The translations under genes and the position numbers were made by a program. A stretch of DNA of 32,000 bases from an uncultured bacterium (lineage in GTDB: Bacteria > Auribacterota > Erginobacteria > Erginobacterales > CAZKCI01): the NCBI GenBank assembly GCA_964551475.1, contig CAZKCI010000034.1, positions 9,326 to 41,325 of the forward strand, read 5' to 3'. Position 1 is the first letter of the stretch. Each line of letters opens with the position of its first letter. Below the pieces are notes generated by a model. That model was not told the origin of the DNA. It did not search any database and worked only from the letters and a program-made list of their open reading frames with translations. Below, in pieces: positions 17,652-25,351 of this stretch.

Positions 17652-20150
17652 CTATTCTTTCAGATCCAGCATCGACCGGACCTGGATGGCCAGCTCCTTC
17701 AGGGAAAACGGCTTCTGGATGAAATGGGTCCCCTCGTCCAGGACGCCCCGAGGGGCGATGAAGTTGGCCGTGTAACCGGACATGTAGAGGCATTTCATGC
17801 CCGGCCGCGTCAGGAGGATCCGCTCCGCCAGCTCCCGGCCGTTCAGGTCGGGCATCACCACGTCGGTCATCAGCAGGTGGATCTCGCCGTCGTGCTCGCC
17901 CGCCAGGCGGATGGCCTCGTGCGGGGAGGCCGCGGTCAGCACGGCGTAGTTCAGCTTGTCCAGGATGGTTCGGGCGAGCTTCCGGATGGAGGGCTCGTCC
18001 TCCACCAGGAGTATCGTCTCCCCGCGTCCGCGGGGGACCTCCCCCTTGATCTTTACCCTTTCCGGCTCCGCGGGGCCGGTGTAGCGGGGCAGGTAGATCT
18101 TGAAGGTGGTGCCCTGCGCCGGCTCGCTGTAGACGTGGAGGAAACCGTGGTTCTGCTTGACGATGCCGAAGACCGTGGCCAGTCCCAGTCCGGTTCCCTT
18201 GCCCACCCCCTTGGTGGTGAAAAAGGGCTCGAAGATCTTCTCCTGCGTCGTCCGGTCCATGCCGCAGCCGTTGTCGTTCACGGCCAGGAGGACGTACTCC
18301 CCGGGCGCGAAATCGCCGTGATCGGCGCAGTAGTCCTGGTCGAAGGTGACGTTGCCGGTCTCGATGACGATCCGCCCGACGTCCTTGATGGCGTCCCGGG
18401 CGTTGACGCAGAGATTGGCCAGGATCTGATCGATCTGGACGGGATCGATCCGGACCGACCACGGGTTGTTGGCGGGCCGCCAGGAGAGATCGATGTTCTC
18501 CCCGATCAGCCGCCGGATAATCTTCAGCATTCCTTCCACGACGTCGTTCAGGTCCAGAATCCGGGGGGCGATGGTCTCCTTGCGGGCGAAGGCGAGGAGC
18601 TGGCGGGTGATGCCCGCGCTTCTCTTGGCCGCGTTATAGATCTCCCGGAGGTCGCCCTGCAGGGGGTCGTTCTCCTCGACCTTTCCCAGGGCCAGCTCCG
18701 TGTAGCCGAGTATGGCGGAGAGCATGTTGTTGAAATCGTGGGCTACCCCTCCCGCCAGGCTCCCCACCAACTCCATCTTCTGGGCCAGGATCAGCTGAGC
18801 CTGGAGCGTCTGCTTCTCCGCGGCCGCGCGCTTCGAGGCGGTGATGTCCATGATGTTGCCGGTCACCCGCACCGCTTTCCCTTTATCCATCACCGGGCGG
18901 CCGGTGGAGCGCACCCAGATATGCTCTCCGTTCGCGCGGACCATCTCCAGCTCCAGGTCGTAGGGTTCGCCTTGTTCTATGGCCCGCAGGAAAGCCTTTT
19001 CGATGACGGGGGCCGAGCCGGGCGCGTAGAAGCCGGGGTCGCGGCTCAGACGGTCGGGATCCTGATCGCGGCCGACGCCGTAGATCCGGTACACCTCGTC
19101 GGTCCAGATGATCCGTCGGGTGGAGGCGTCGTATTCCCAGCCCCCCAGGCCGGCCACGGCCTGGGTTTCCGCGAGGAGGCGGTGGGTCCGGCTCAAGTCC
19201 GCGTTGGCCTCGCTCAGCTCGCGCGTGCGGGTGGCCACCTGGCGCCGCAGGAGGAAGGTGAAGAGGCCGATCACCGCCAAAAGCCCCGTGATGATCGCCA
19301 GGACCGTCTTGATATAGGGCGGGATGATCGCCCGCGGCTCGATGTCCATCCAGCGCCGGAGCGACCGGTAGTAGGCCGAGCCGGGGTTGTTCTTCATCGA
19401 CACGATGTGGCGGTCGATGGTCTCGACCAATTCCGGGTCGATCCCCTGGCGGAAGGCGAAGAAGAGGTTCTCCGGGCGGAAGATGACGTGCGACGGCTCG
19501 AGGTCGGCGTCCCGATCCGGCGAGAAGGTGAAGAAGCGGGTGGCCACCATGACCGCGGCCGCCCCGGACTTCACCGCCCGGACGCCGGCCGGATAGTCGG
19601 GATAGGTGAGGAGTGTGAAATCGACATCGAAGGTGGGCCGGATCTCCTCGCGCAGGTATTTCTCCTGGACCGACCCCTCCAGGACGGCGATGGTTTTTCC
19701 GTTCAGGTCGCGGATCGAGCCGATCTTGTGCGCGCTGGTGGAGTAGACGTCGAGCCAGGATTCCAGCACGAAATTGCGGTTGAAGACGAAGCGCTGTTCC
19801 CGCTCCCGCGAGAAGGAGACGTCCACCATGAGGTCGATCTCGCCGTCGGCCAGGCGGCCCAGGTTCTCCGACCAGGTCCCGTAGACATACTCGATGGTCC
19901 AGTTCTCCCTCCGCGCGATGTCTTCCAGGATGTCGACGAAGATTCCCTGCGGCACGCCCTTGCCGTTGACAAAGACCTTGGGCTGGTTCTGGTAGATGCC
20001 GGTCTGGAGCGTCAGGGCCCGGGCGGGAGCGGGAGAGAGGAGGATCGCCGCGGCGAAAAGCAGGGCGCCGAGGAAGAAAAATCCCGGCCGGATATCTCTA
20101 TCCGGGCCGGGAGGGTCGAAACCAGATCCGCTATCCCCGTGTTGTCTCAT
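17652..20150 (-). CDS. Hybrid sensor histidine kinase: periplasmic SBP_bac_3-like sensor, TM, PAS/PAC, HisKA, HATPase, C-terminal receiver
   Basis: GIFVDILEDIARRENWTIEYVYGTWSENLGRLADGEIDLMVDVSFSREREQRF; TM ITGLLAVIGLFTFLL; GGVAHDFNNMLSAILGYTEL; NDNGCGMD, GKGTGLGLATV; LLVEDEPSIRK..LLMTDVVMPDLNG..IQKPF. Confidence 0.93.
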   Translation of the reverse strand: MRQHGDSGSGFDPPGPDRDIRPGFFFLGALLFAAAILLSPAPARALTLQTGIYQNQPKVFVNGKGVPQGIFVDILEDIARRENWTIEYVYGTWSENLGRLADGEIDLMVDVSFSREREQRFVFNRNFVLESWLDVYSTSAHKIGSIRDLNGKTIAVLEGSVQEKYLREEIRPTFDVDFTLLTYPDYPAGVRAVKSGAAAVMVATRFFTFSPDRDADLEPSHVIFRPENLFFAFRQGIDPELVETIDRHIVSMKNNPGSAYYRSLRRWMDIEPRAIIPPYIKTVLAIITGLLAVIGLFTFLLRRQVATRTRELSEANADLSRTHRLLAETQAVAGLGGWEYDASTRRIIWTDEVYRIYGVGRDQDPDRLSRDPGFYAPGSAPVIEKAFLRAIEQGEPYDLELEMVRANGEHIWVRSTGRPVMDKGKAVRVTGNIMDITASKRAAAEKQTLQAQLILAQKMELVGSLAGGVAHDFNNMLSAILGYTELALGKVEENDPLQGDLREIYNAAKRSAGITRQLLAFARKETIAPRILDLNDVVEGMLKIIRRLIGENIDLSWRPANNPWSVRIDPVQIDQILANLCVNARDAIKDVGRIVIETGNVTFDQDYCADHGDFAPGEYVLLAVNDNGCGMDRTTQEKIFEPFFTTKGVGKGTGLGLATVFGIVKQNHGFLHVYSEPAQGTTFKIYLPRYTGPAEPERVKIKGEVPRGRGETILLVEDEPSIRKLARTILDKLNYAVLTAASPHEAIRLAGEHDGEIHLLMTDVVMPDLNGRELAERILLTRPGMKCLYMSGYTANFIAPRGVLDEGTHFIQKPFSLKELAIQVRSMLDLKE

Positions 20151-20191
20151 GCTGACTTCCGCCGGGATCGCATTGACCTACACCACATGAA

Positions 20192-20220
20192 ATTATCCGC
20201 CCTCCGCCGGGGTCCGTCAA
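20192..20220 (-). promoter_or_regulatory. Candidate sigma70 promoter TTGACG-N17-GATAAT for the hybrid kinase
   Basis: -35 box 20215-20220 (5/6), -10 box 20192-20197 (5/6), 17-bp spacer. Confidence 0.65.
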
Positions 20221-20358
20221 GGTGAATATCGCGGCCGGGGTAATGCTTGACGGGATCGCTGAACGCGAGGATGCTTTGTCCTGTCAGGTCAAACGAATCC
20301 GGCTGCCGAGGAGCGCCATGACCATGTCTCGCATCTCCGCCGCGCGCTGGTTCGACTG

Positions 20359-20410
20359 AGGGACGGTGGCAACTTGTCAATTTGCAAGTTGACAAGTTGC
20401 CACCGTCCCT
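20359..20410. repeat. Long perfect palindrome, 22-bp arms, 8-nt loop (family A copy B)
   Basis: AGGGACGGTGGCAACTTGTCAA-tttgcaag-TTGACAAGTTGCCACCGTCCCT. Confidence 0.9.
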
Positions 20411-20421
20411 GGTCCCCTTGC

Positions 20422-21672
20422 CTATTTAACCCCGACCGAGACGTCGATCAGTCCGAAAGTCCCCGCGAAATCCTCCCGCGCCTTGCCGATCACGGAGGCG
20501 GCCTCGGCGAAGGACTGCGGCTCGCCCTTCATCGCCACACCCGGCACGGAGCTGGGGACGATGAGGTCCCCGCTCGCGATCGCGCCGCCCTCTCCGTTCA
20601 CCTTGACCTTGACGTTCCCCAGGTAGGCCACGGGGACCAGCGGGAAGTCGGACATCTTCTTCCCCTCGTCCGCGATGGCCTTCTTCAGCTCGGAGGGGAT
20701 GGAGATGAACCCCTCCGGCGGACAGATAACGCCGACGACAGCCCGGTCGAAGGCGCCCCGGCTCTTGACCGCCTTTTTGTTGATCGCGCAGACGATATCC
20801 CCGATCTCGTATGATCCCTTGTCCTGTCCCTCGGGGACGAAGTGCATGGAGATATAGGGGGAGAAGGTATTCCAGGCATACCGGGCCAGACCGGCGCCGC
20901 CGTCGGTGAATTCGAACTGCAGGAGCCCGTCACCGTCATAGAACGCCGCGATGCAGTAGTTTCCGGCCCCCCGGTCCCCGTCCCCCTTGACGTAAAGGCC
21001 CGGCTGGCTGGTGTCGCCGTTGATGTGCAGGCTGGCCAGGGGGTTCTCCGTGCCGATGCCGAAATCACCCGAGCGTGTGAATGTGAACCGCTTCTCGTTG
21101 CTGGTTTCGTCCTTGATGTAGAGCTCGTTGTTGTTGCCATGATAGTAGAGACTCATCGCGATCGCGTTGCTCTCGTAGAAGTCGATGGCGCTGCTCGAGT
21201 TGGCGCCGGACCCGTGGAGGGCGAGGATGGCGGTGGAGTCGGCGGGGTCGTTGCTGTCGAAGATATCCAGCTCGGAGACGGGCGAGGCGGTCCCGATGCC
21301 GACGTAGCCGGTGCCGTTATAGCGAAGGCCGCCGGTGGTCAGGGCCCAGTGGCTCACGCCTCCCCCGATCACCGCGTCGTCGCCGGTGGATCCGAACCAA
21401 ACCCGGGTGACGTTCCGAACCGTCCACATGCTCTCCGACGGGCGATAGACGGCGGCGTCGCTCCTGCCGTCACCGTTGTAGTCGTCGCAGAGGACCTGGT
21501 CGGCGGAGTTCCCGAAGTAAAAGTTGGTCACCCCGTAGGCCACCCACTTGCACTGGGAGCGGCGGAAGATCGTCGGCTCCCCCCGCCCGTCGCCGTTGAA
21601 GTCCGACGCCGGCGCGGAAAAGGCCCCGCCCCACCCCAGTGCTAACACGATTGCCGCTGCGATCATCCTCAT
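20422..21672 (-). CDS. Secreted protein with two N-terminal DxDGDG repeats and a tail-fibre-like C-terminal region
   Basis: Signal peptide MRMIAAAIVLALGWGGAFSAPA; SDFNGDGRGEPTIFRRSQ... DDYNGDGRSDAAVYRPSESMWTVRNVTRVWFGSTGD; then GTGYVGIGTASPVSELDIFD, SGDFGIGTENPLASLHING and GDLIVPSSVPGVAMKGE. Confidence 0.8.
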   Translation of the reverse strand: MRMIAAAIVLALGWGGAFSAPASDFNGDGRGEPTIFRRSQCKWVAYGVTNFYFGNSADQVLCDDYNGDGRSDAAVYRPSESMWTVRNVTRVWFGSTGDDAVIGGGVSHWALTTGGLRYNGTGYVGIGTASPVSELDIFDSNDPADSTAILALHGSGANSSSAIDFYESNAIAMSLYYHGNNNELYIKDETSNEKRFTFTRSGDFGIGTENPLASLHINGDTSQPGLYVKGDGDRGAGNYCIAAFYDGDGLLQFEFTDGGAGLARYAWNTFSPYISMHFVPEGQDKGSYEIGDIVCAINKKAVKSRGAFDRAVVGVICPPEGFISIPSELKKAIADEGKKMSDFPLVPVAYLGNVKVKVNGEGGAIASGDLIVPSSVPGVAMKGEPQSFAEAASVIGKAREDFAGTFGLIDVSVGVK

Positions 21673-21771
21673 GCCGCACCTCCTTTTTCAAGACATCGAT
21701 TTATAGGCCCGATCTCCGTCTCAAGCCGGACCAGAGCGATCGAGCGCGACGGGCTTGGCCGTCGGCCGCTG

Positions 21772-21799
21772 TCCTCTACCCGCTTTCCTCCATCCTCTA
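21772..21799. repeat. Degenerate 7-bp repeat (4 units) overlapping the stop codon of the 21797 gene
   Basis: TCCTCTA CCCGCTT TCCTCCA TCCTCTA. Confidence 0.5.
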
Positions 21800-22525
21800 T
21801 CTCGTCACCGGCGCGTCCCCCGTCGCCCCGAAATACACCCGGGTGAGATCCCTCACCGACCACATCCCCGCCGTGTCGCGGAAGACCCCCGCCTCATCGA
21901 CTCCATCCCCGTCATAGTCGGCCGGGAGAGCCCGGTCGCCGGTGCTCCCCAGATAGACCCGCGTCACGTTCCGGATGGACCACATACCGGTCGAGGGACG
22001 GAAGATTCCGGCCTCCCATCTCCCCGCGCCGGTGTAGTCCCCGGGGACGAGATCGTCGGTCGACGAGCCGAAATAGAACCTCGTCAGGTTCCGCACCGAC
22101 CACATCCCCGAAGATCCCCGGAAGATGGCGATGTCCCTGGCGGAGTCCGCGTCGTAGTAGCCGGGGATCACGGTATCGCCCGTGGAACCGAGGTAGATCC
22201 TGGTCAGATCCCGGATCGACCAGAGGCCGGAGGACTCGCGGAATATCCCCGCCTCGGCGACGCCGTCGCCGTTGTAGTCGCCCGTTGCCGGCTGATCGTT
22301 GGCGGCGCCGAGATAGAAGCGGGTGAGGCCCCGCACCGACCACATGCCGCTGGTCCCCCGGAAGACGGCGATGTCCGTCGTCCCGTCGCCGTCGTAGTCA
22401 GCCGGGACCAGGGAGTCGGTCGAGTTCCCGAAATAGGCGCGGGTGAGGTCCCGCACCGACCACATCCCCGTGCTCCCCCGGAAGACGGCGATGTCGCTCG
22501 TCCCGTCGCCGTCGTAGTCGTGGAT
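21797..22525 (-). repeat. Array of six 40-aa repeats ending at the stop codon (locus 3)
   Basis: [39 protein letters not shown] ... [42 protein letters not shown]. Confidence 0.9.
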
Positions 22526-23497
22526 CCAGGAGCGGGAACCGGAGGAGAGTTCTCCCCGGAAGATGTTTCCTCCTCCATCGCCGGCCCAGATCCCGCCGGG
22601 GCAGAGGCCGAGAGAGTCGATCCTGCTGCCGGAGAGATCGCCCGCGAGTGCCCAGTCCGAACCGTTGAAATAATAAACATAGCCGTAGTCGCCCCCGGCC
22701 CAGATGCTCTGGGCGTCTCTATCCGCGATCGAGAACATGTCCACCGGGTCCCCGTGGACGGAGACAAGCTGTGTGAACACGGACCACTCGCTCCCGTCAT
22801 AGTGGAGGATGTAGCCCTTGTCCCCCACCGCCCAGACATCGGTCTGGCTGACCGCGCAGATGTCCCGCAGGTTCGTTCCCATACCCCAGTCGACCTCGTA
22901 TTGGAGCGACCAGGAGCTGCCGTCGAAGAAGAGTATCTGCTCCGGGCCGGCGTAGGGTCCCCCCACGGCCCAGATGTGGCTGTTGTCCGTCCCGTCTATC
23001 CCTTGCCACAGATAGGTCGGATTGGTGACAAAAGTCCAGTCGGCTCCTCCGTCCAGGGAGCGGTAGATGTTGGCTCCGACCGCCCAGACATTATTCGAGT
23101 CGGCGGCGAAAACATCGTTGAGCCAGGTGGCGTATAAGATCGTGGTCTGGACAATCCAGGACGAACCATTGAAATAATAGATCATCCCGGCGCTGGAGTT
23201 GTCTCCGACCGCCCAGACATGAGTGGCGTCGTAGGCCCTGATCCCGCGCAGCTCGCCGGTCTGGACGGCGTAGACAGCCGTCTCCAAAGCCCAGGAGGCG
23301 CCGTCATAGTGGAAGAGCCTGCCCTGCCCCGAAAGATTCCCCGCTATTCCCCAGACGTCGCCCGAGTCAAGCGCCGCCAGGCCGACCACCGAATACGCGC
23401 CCAGGTCGGTGGAAAGGCTCCACTCCTGGGCGGGCAGGCGGGGGACCCATTGACAGCAACTAAACAAGAACAACAGGACGGCGGCTAATCTTTTCAC
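21797..23497 (-). CDS. Secreted protein with WD/YCF48/BNR-like 'VWAVG' repeats followed by six C-terminal 40-aa DxDGDG repeats
   Basis: Signal peptide MKRLAAVLLFLFSCCQWVPRLPAQ; repeated TDVWAVGDKGYILHYDGSEWSVFTQ-like units; terminal array ending VYFGATGDAPVTR. Confidence 0.85.
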   Translation of the reverse strand: MKRLAAVLLFLFSCCQWVPRLPAQEWSLSTDLGAYSVVGLAALDSGDVWGIAGNLSGQGRLFHYDGASWALETAVYAVQTGELRGIRAYDATHVWAVGDNSSAGMIYYFNGSSWIVQTTILYATWLNDVFAADSNNVWAVGANIYRSLDGGADWTFVTNPTYLWQGIDGTDNSHIWAVGGPYAGPEQILFFDGSSWSLQYEVDWGMGTNLRDICAVSQTDVWAVGDKGYILHYDGSEWSVFTQLVSVHGDPVDMFSIADRDAQSIWAGGDYGYVYYFNGSDWALAGDLSGSRIDSLGLCPGGIWAGDGGGNIFRGELSSGSRSWIHDYDGDGTSDIAVFRGSTGMWSVRDLTRAYFGNSTDSLVPADYDGDGTTDIAVFRGTSGMWSVRGLTRFYLGAANDQPATGDYNGDGVAEAGIFRESSGLWSIRDLTRIYLGSTGDTVIPGYYDADSARDIAIFRGSSGMWSVRNLTRFYFGSSTDDLVPGDYTGAGRWEAGIFRPSTGMWSIRNVTRVYLGSTGDRALPADYDGDGVDEAGVFRDTAGMWSVRDLTRVYFGATGDAPVTR

Positions 23498-23554
23498 ATC
23501 GGGTTCCTCCCCTTGGAGATGGTATCTCCCGGTTAGTCTGATCCCACAGCTCGC

Positions 23555-23650
23555 CTATGAGTAGTTCAGCTCCGACTCCCTCTGCCGGATCCGGGCCTCA
23601 AGCTTGTTCTGCCACTTCCGGTCTTCGGTGTTCGCTCTGGTTTTGTTCAT
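23555..23650 (-). CDS. Possible 31-aa charged small protein (uncertain)
   Basis: MNKTRANTEDRKWQNKLEARIRQRESELNYS* with ATG at 23650. No strong Shine-Dalgarno. Confidence 0.2.
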   Translation of the reverse strand: MNKTRANTEDRKWQNKLEARIRQRESELNYS

Positions 23651-23984
23651 CTCGTCGCCGGCTGTTTGGTTCGTTCTCTCCGTGACAGCTCTTTCTGATG
23701 CGGTTCTCCGAGTGATATTACAGGGTAGCAAGAACCGTTCCGGATCGGCGGGTAATTTGAAATCGAGACACAACCGCCTAGGGAGCAACGAGATAATGGA
23801 CCGACCGGGATTGGGGCGGACGCGAAAGAGGGGAGAAGACGATGCAGCAATGCAACGCTTTTTCGGACGGGCATCCGGAAAGGGTGTGGTCCGAAAAACG
23901 CTCCCTGGTATAACCCGTTCATCCGACAGGCCTTGCGTACCGGTCGGGTTATCTCCGCCCGCCGATCCGTCTATAGAAGGGAGG

Positions 23985-24035
23985 AGGGACGGTGTCAAAT
24001 TGTTAAGTTCAACTTAACAATTTGACACCGTCCCT
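23985..24035. repeat. Long perfect palindrome, 25-bp arms, 1-nt centre (family A copy A)
   Basis: AGGGACGGTGTCAAATTGTTAAGTT-c-AACTTAACAATTTGACACCGTCCCT. Confidence 0.92.
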
Positions 24036-24059
24036 GGTCCCTACCGTCCCTGGTCCCTA
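24028..24059. repeat. 16-bp tandem duplication CCGTCCCTGGTCCCTA x2 flanking the palindrome
   Basis: Read directly; the second unit includes the stop codon of the next gene. Confidence 0.9.
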
Positions 24060-25319
24060 GAGATGTTTTCCGAAAAAGGCGATCATGGCATCCCAGGCTT
24101 TGATCAGGGCGAGGGAGCTGTTCTCGACCGCGGAGGAGGTGAAGATCAGGTTCCGGCAGATCTGGGCCGCGGGGAGATAGGGCAGTCCGACCAGGTGTCC
24201 CGCGCCTTCTTCTTTGATGTATTCGCAGGGATGACGCTGCCCGCTCTGTTGGAGACGGGACACGATCATGTCCGCGAAATCGGAGGCCGGCCAGACCTGG
24301 TCATCCGTTCCCGCGACCAGAAAGGACGGACCGTTGATGTTTTCTACACGGATGGTTGCCTCGCCTCCGCCGCCGGCAGACCGGAGGCCTCGTTCATAGC
24401 TTTCACGGAAGGCGACAGTCTTCCCCCGGAAGAGCTGGAACATGGTCGTCACGGGGACTTTCATCCGCAGGAAGGGTATGGGTTTTCCCCCCTGAGTCCA
24501 GGAGCTGCTGGGACGGCGGAAGTTTAAGCCCTGCCAGACGTACGAGCTGCCGGAGACGGCCGCCACCGCCTTGATCCGCGGATAGAGGGAACCGAGCAGG
24601 AGGGCCAGTTCGCCTCCCTTCGAGAACCCATAGACGGCGAGGCGGTTGCAATCCACGCCAGGGTGTTTCTTCAGCCAGACGATCCCCCTCTCCAGGAACT
24701 CCAACGGGATCTCCTGCAGTTCCTTGGGCAGCGATCCGGCGTTGAAATAGGCCAGGGCAAAGGCCGCGTAACCGCGGGCCGCGAGGAGGGCGGCGCGCGG
24801 TTCGCTGAAACCGCCGCCCGAACCGCTCAGGCAGATGACGGCGGGGTGCGGTCCTTTTCCGGTCGGCAGGAAGAGGACGCCGGTCACGCCGTCGCGGTCG
24901 ATCGGCTCGCGGACCAACGCGCTTTCCGGCGGGCAGAAGATCCGCCGGATGGTTGCCCGGGACAGTGTCTCCCCGTCGGCTTCGACGGAAACTTCCACCT
25001 CGAGTGGCGCCACCGTGCTTTTCTCGAAGAGGGGGACGGGTTGGGCCTGATCTCCGTCCGGCCGCATCGACCAGAGGAGCGCTGACGGGTCGGGGACGGC
25101 GAATGTCCCCGCGGAGGGCGCCTGTTTAGAAACATCGATCGAACCCGAGCTGTCGCTGAGGAAGGTTCCCCAGGAGACCCAGTCGACGCCCGCTTCGTCC
25201 CGCGTCCGCGCCCGCAGCGTGATTTTACGAGACGGCGTCAGCCCGCGCACCGTCACGGCCGTCAAGGGTCGATCCGCCAGGGAATCCATCGGCCGGATAG
25301 CTATAGACGTCGTATTCAA
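24057..25319 (-). CDS. Acyl-CoA thioester hydrolase/BAAT-like alpha/beta hydrolase (BAAT N-terminal + C-terminal domains)
   Basis: N-terminal LADRPLTAVTVRGLTPSRKITLRARTRDEAGVDWVSWGTFLSDSSGSIDV; PIDRDGVTGVLFLPTGKGPHPAVICLSGSGGG; YGFSKGGELALLLGS; DDQVWP; EEGAGH. Confidence 0.88.
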   Translation of the reverse strand: MNTTSIAIRPMDSLADRPLTAVTVRGLTPSRKITLRARTRDEAGVDWVSWGTFLSDSSGSIDVSKQAPSAGTFAVPDPSALLWSMRPDGDQAQPVPLFEKSTVAPLEVEVSVEADGETLSRATIRRIFCPPESALVREPIDRDGVTGVLFLPTGKGPHPAVICLSGSGGGFSEPRAALLAARGYAAFALAYFNAGSLPKELQEIPLEFLERGIVWLKKHPGVDCNRLAVYGFSKGGELALLLGSLYPRIKAVAAVSGSSYVWQGLNFRRPSSSWTQGGKPIPFLRMKVPVTTMFQLFRGKTVAFRESYERGLRSAGGGGEATIRVENINGPSFLVAGTDDQVWPASDFADMIVSRLQQSGQRHPCEYIKEEGAGHLVGLPYLPAAQICRNLIFTSSAVENSSLALIKAWDAMIAFFGKHL

Positions 25320-25351
25320 TTCCAGGCCTCCCTTCGAGTTGCCAATAGAAG

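Noticed and set aside
17604-20225. 873-aa plus-strand ORF antisense to the hybrid kinase
   Set aside because: The minus strand has clear kinase, ATPase and receiver motifs. The plus ORF is Gly/Arg/Asp/Val-rich composition without recognisable domains, as expected for a GC-rich shadow frame.
20359-20410. Palindromes at gene ends considered simple rho-independent terminators
   Set aside because: No T-tract follows the stem on either strand. A termination effect is possible but not supported by the sequence.
21673-21730. TTGAGA ... TATAAA considered as a sigma70 promoter for the 21672 gene
   Set aside because: The spacer is only about 13 bp, too short for a standard promoter.
23881-23990. GTACGCAAGGCC segment considered as a c-di-GMP (GEMM) riboswitch
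   Set aside because: It resembles only a few bases of the conserved core; the GNRA receptor and second helix features could not be identified.
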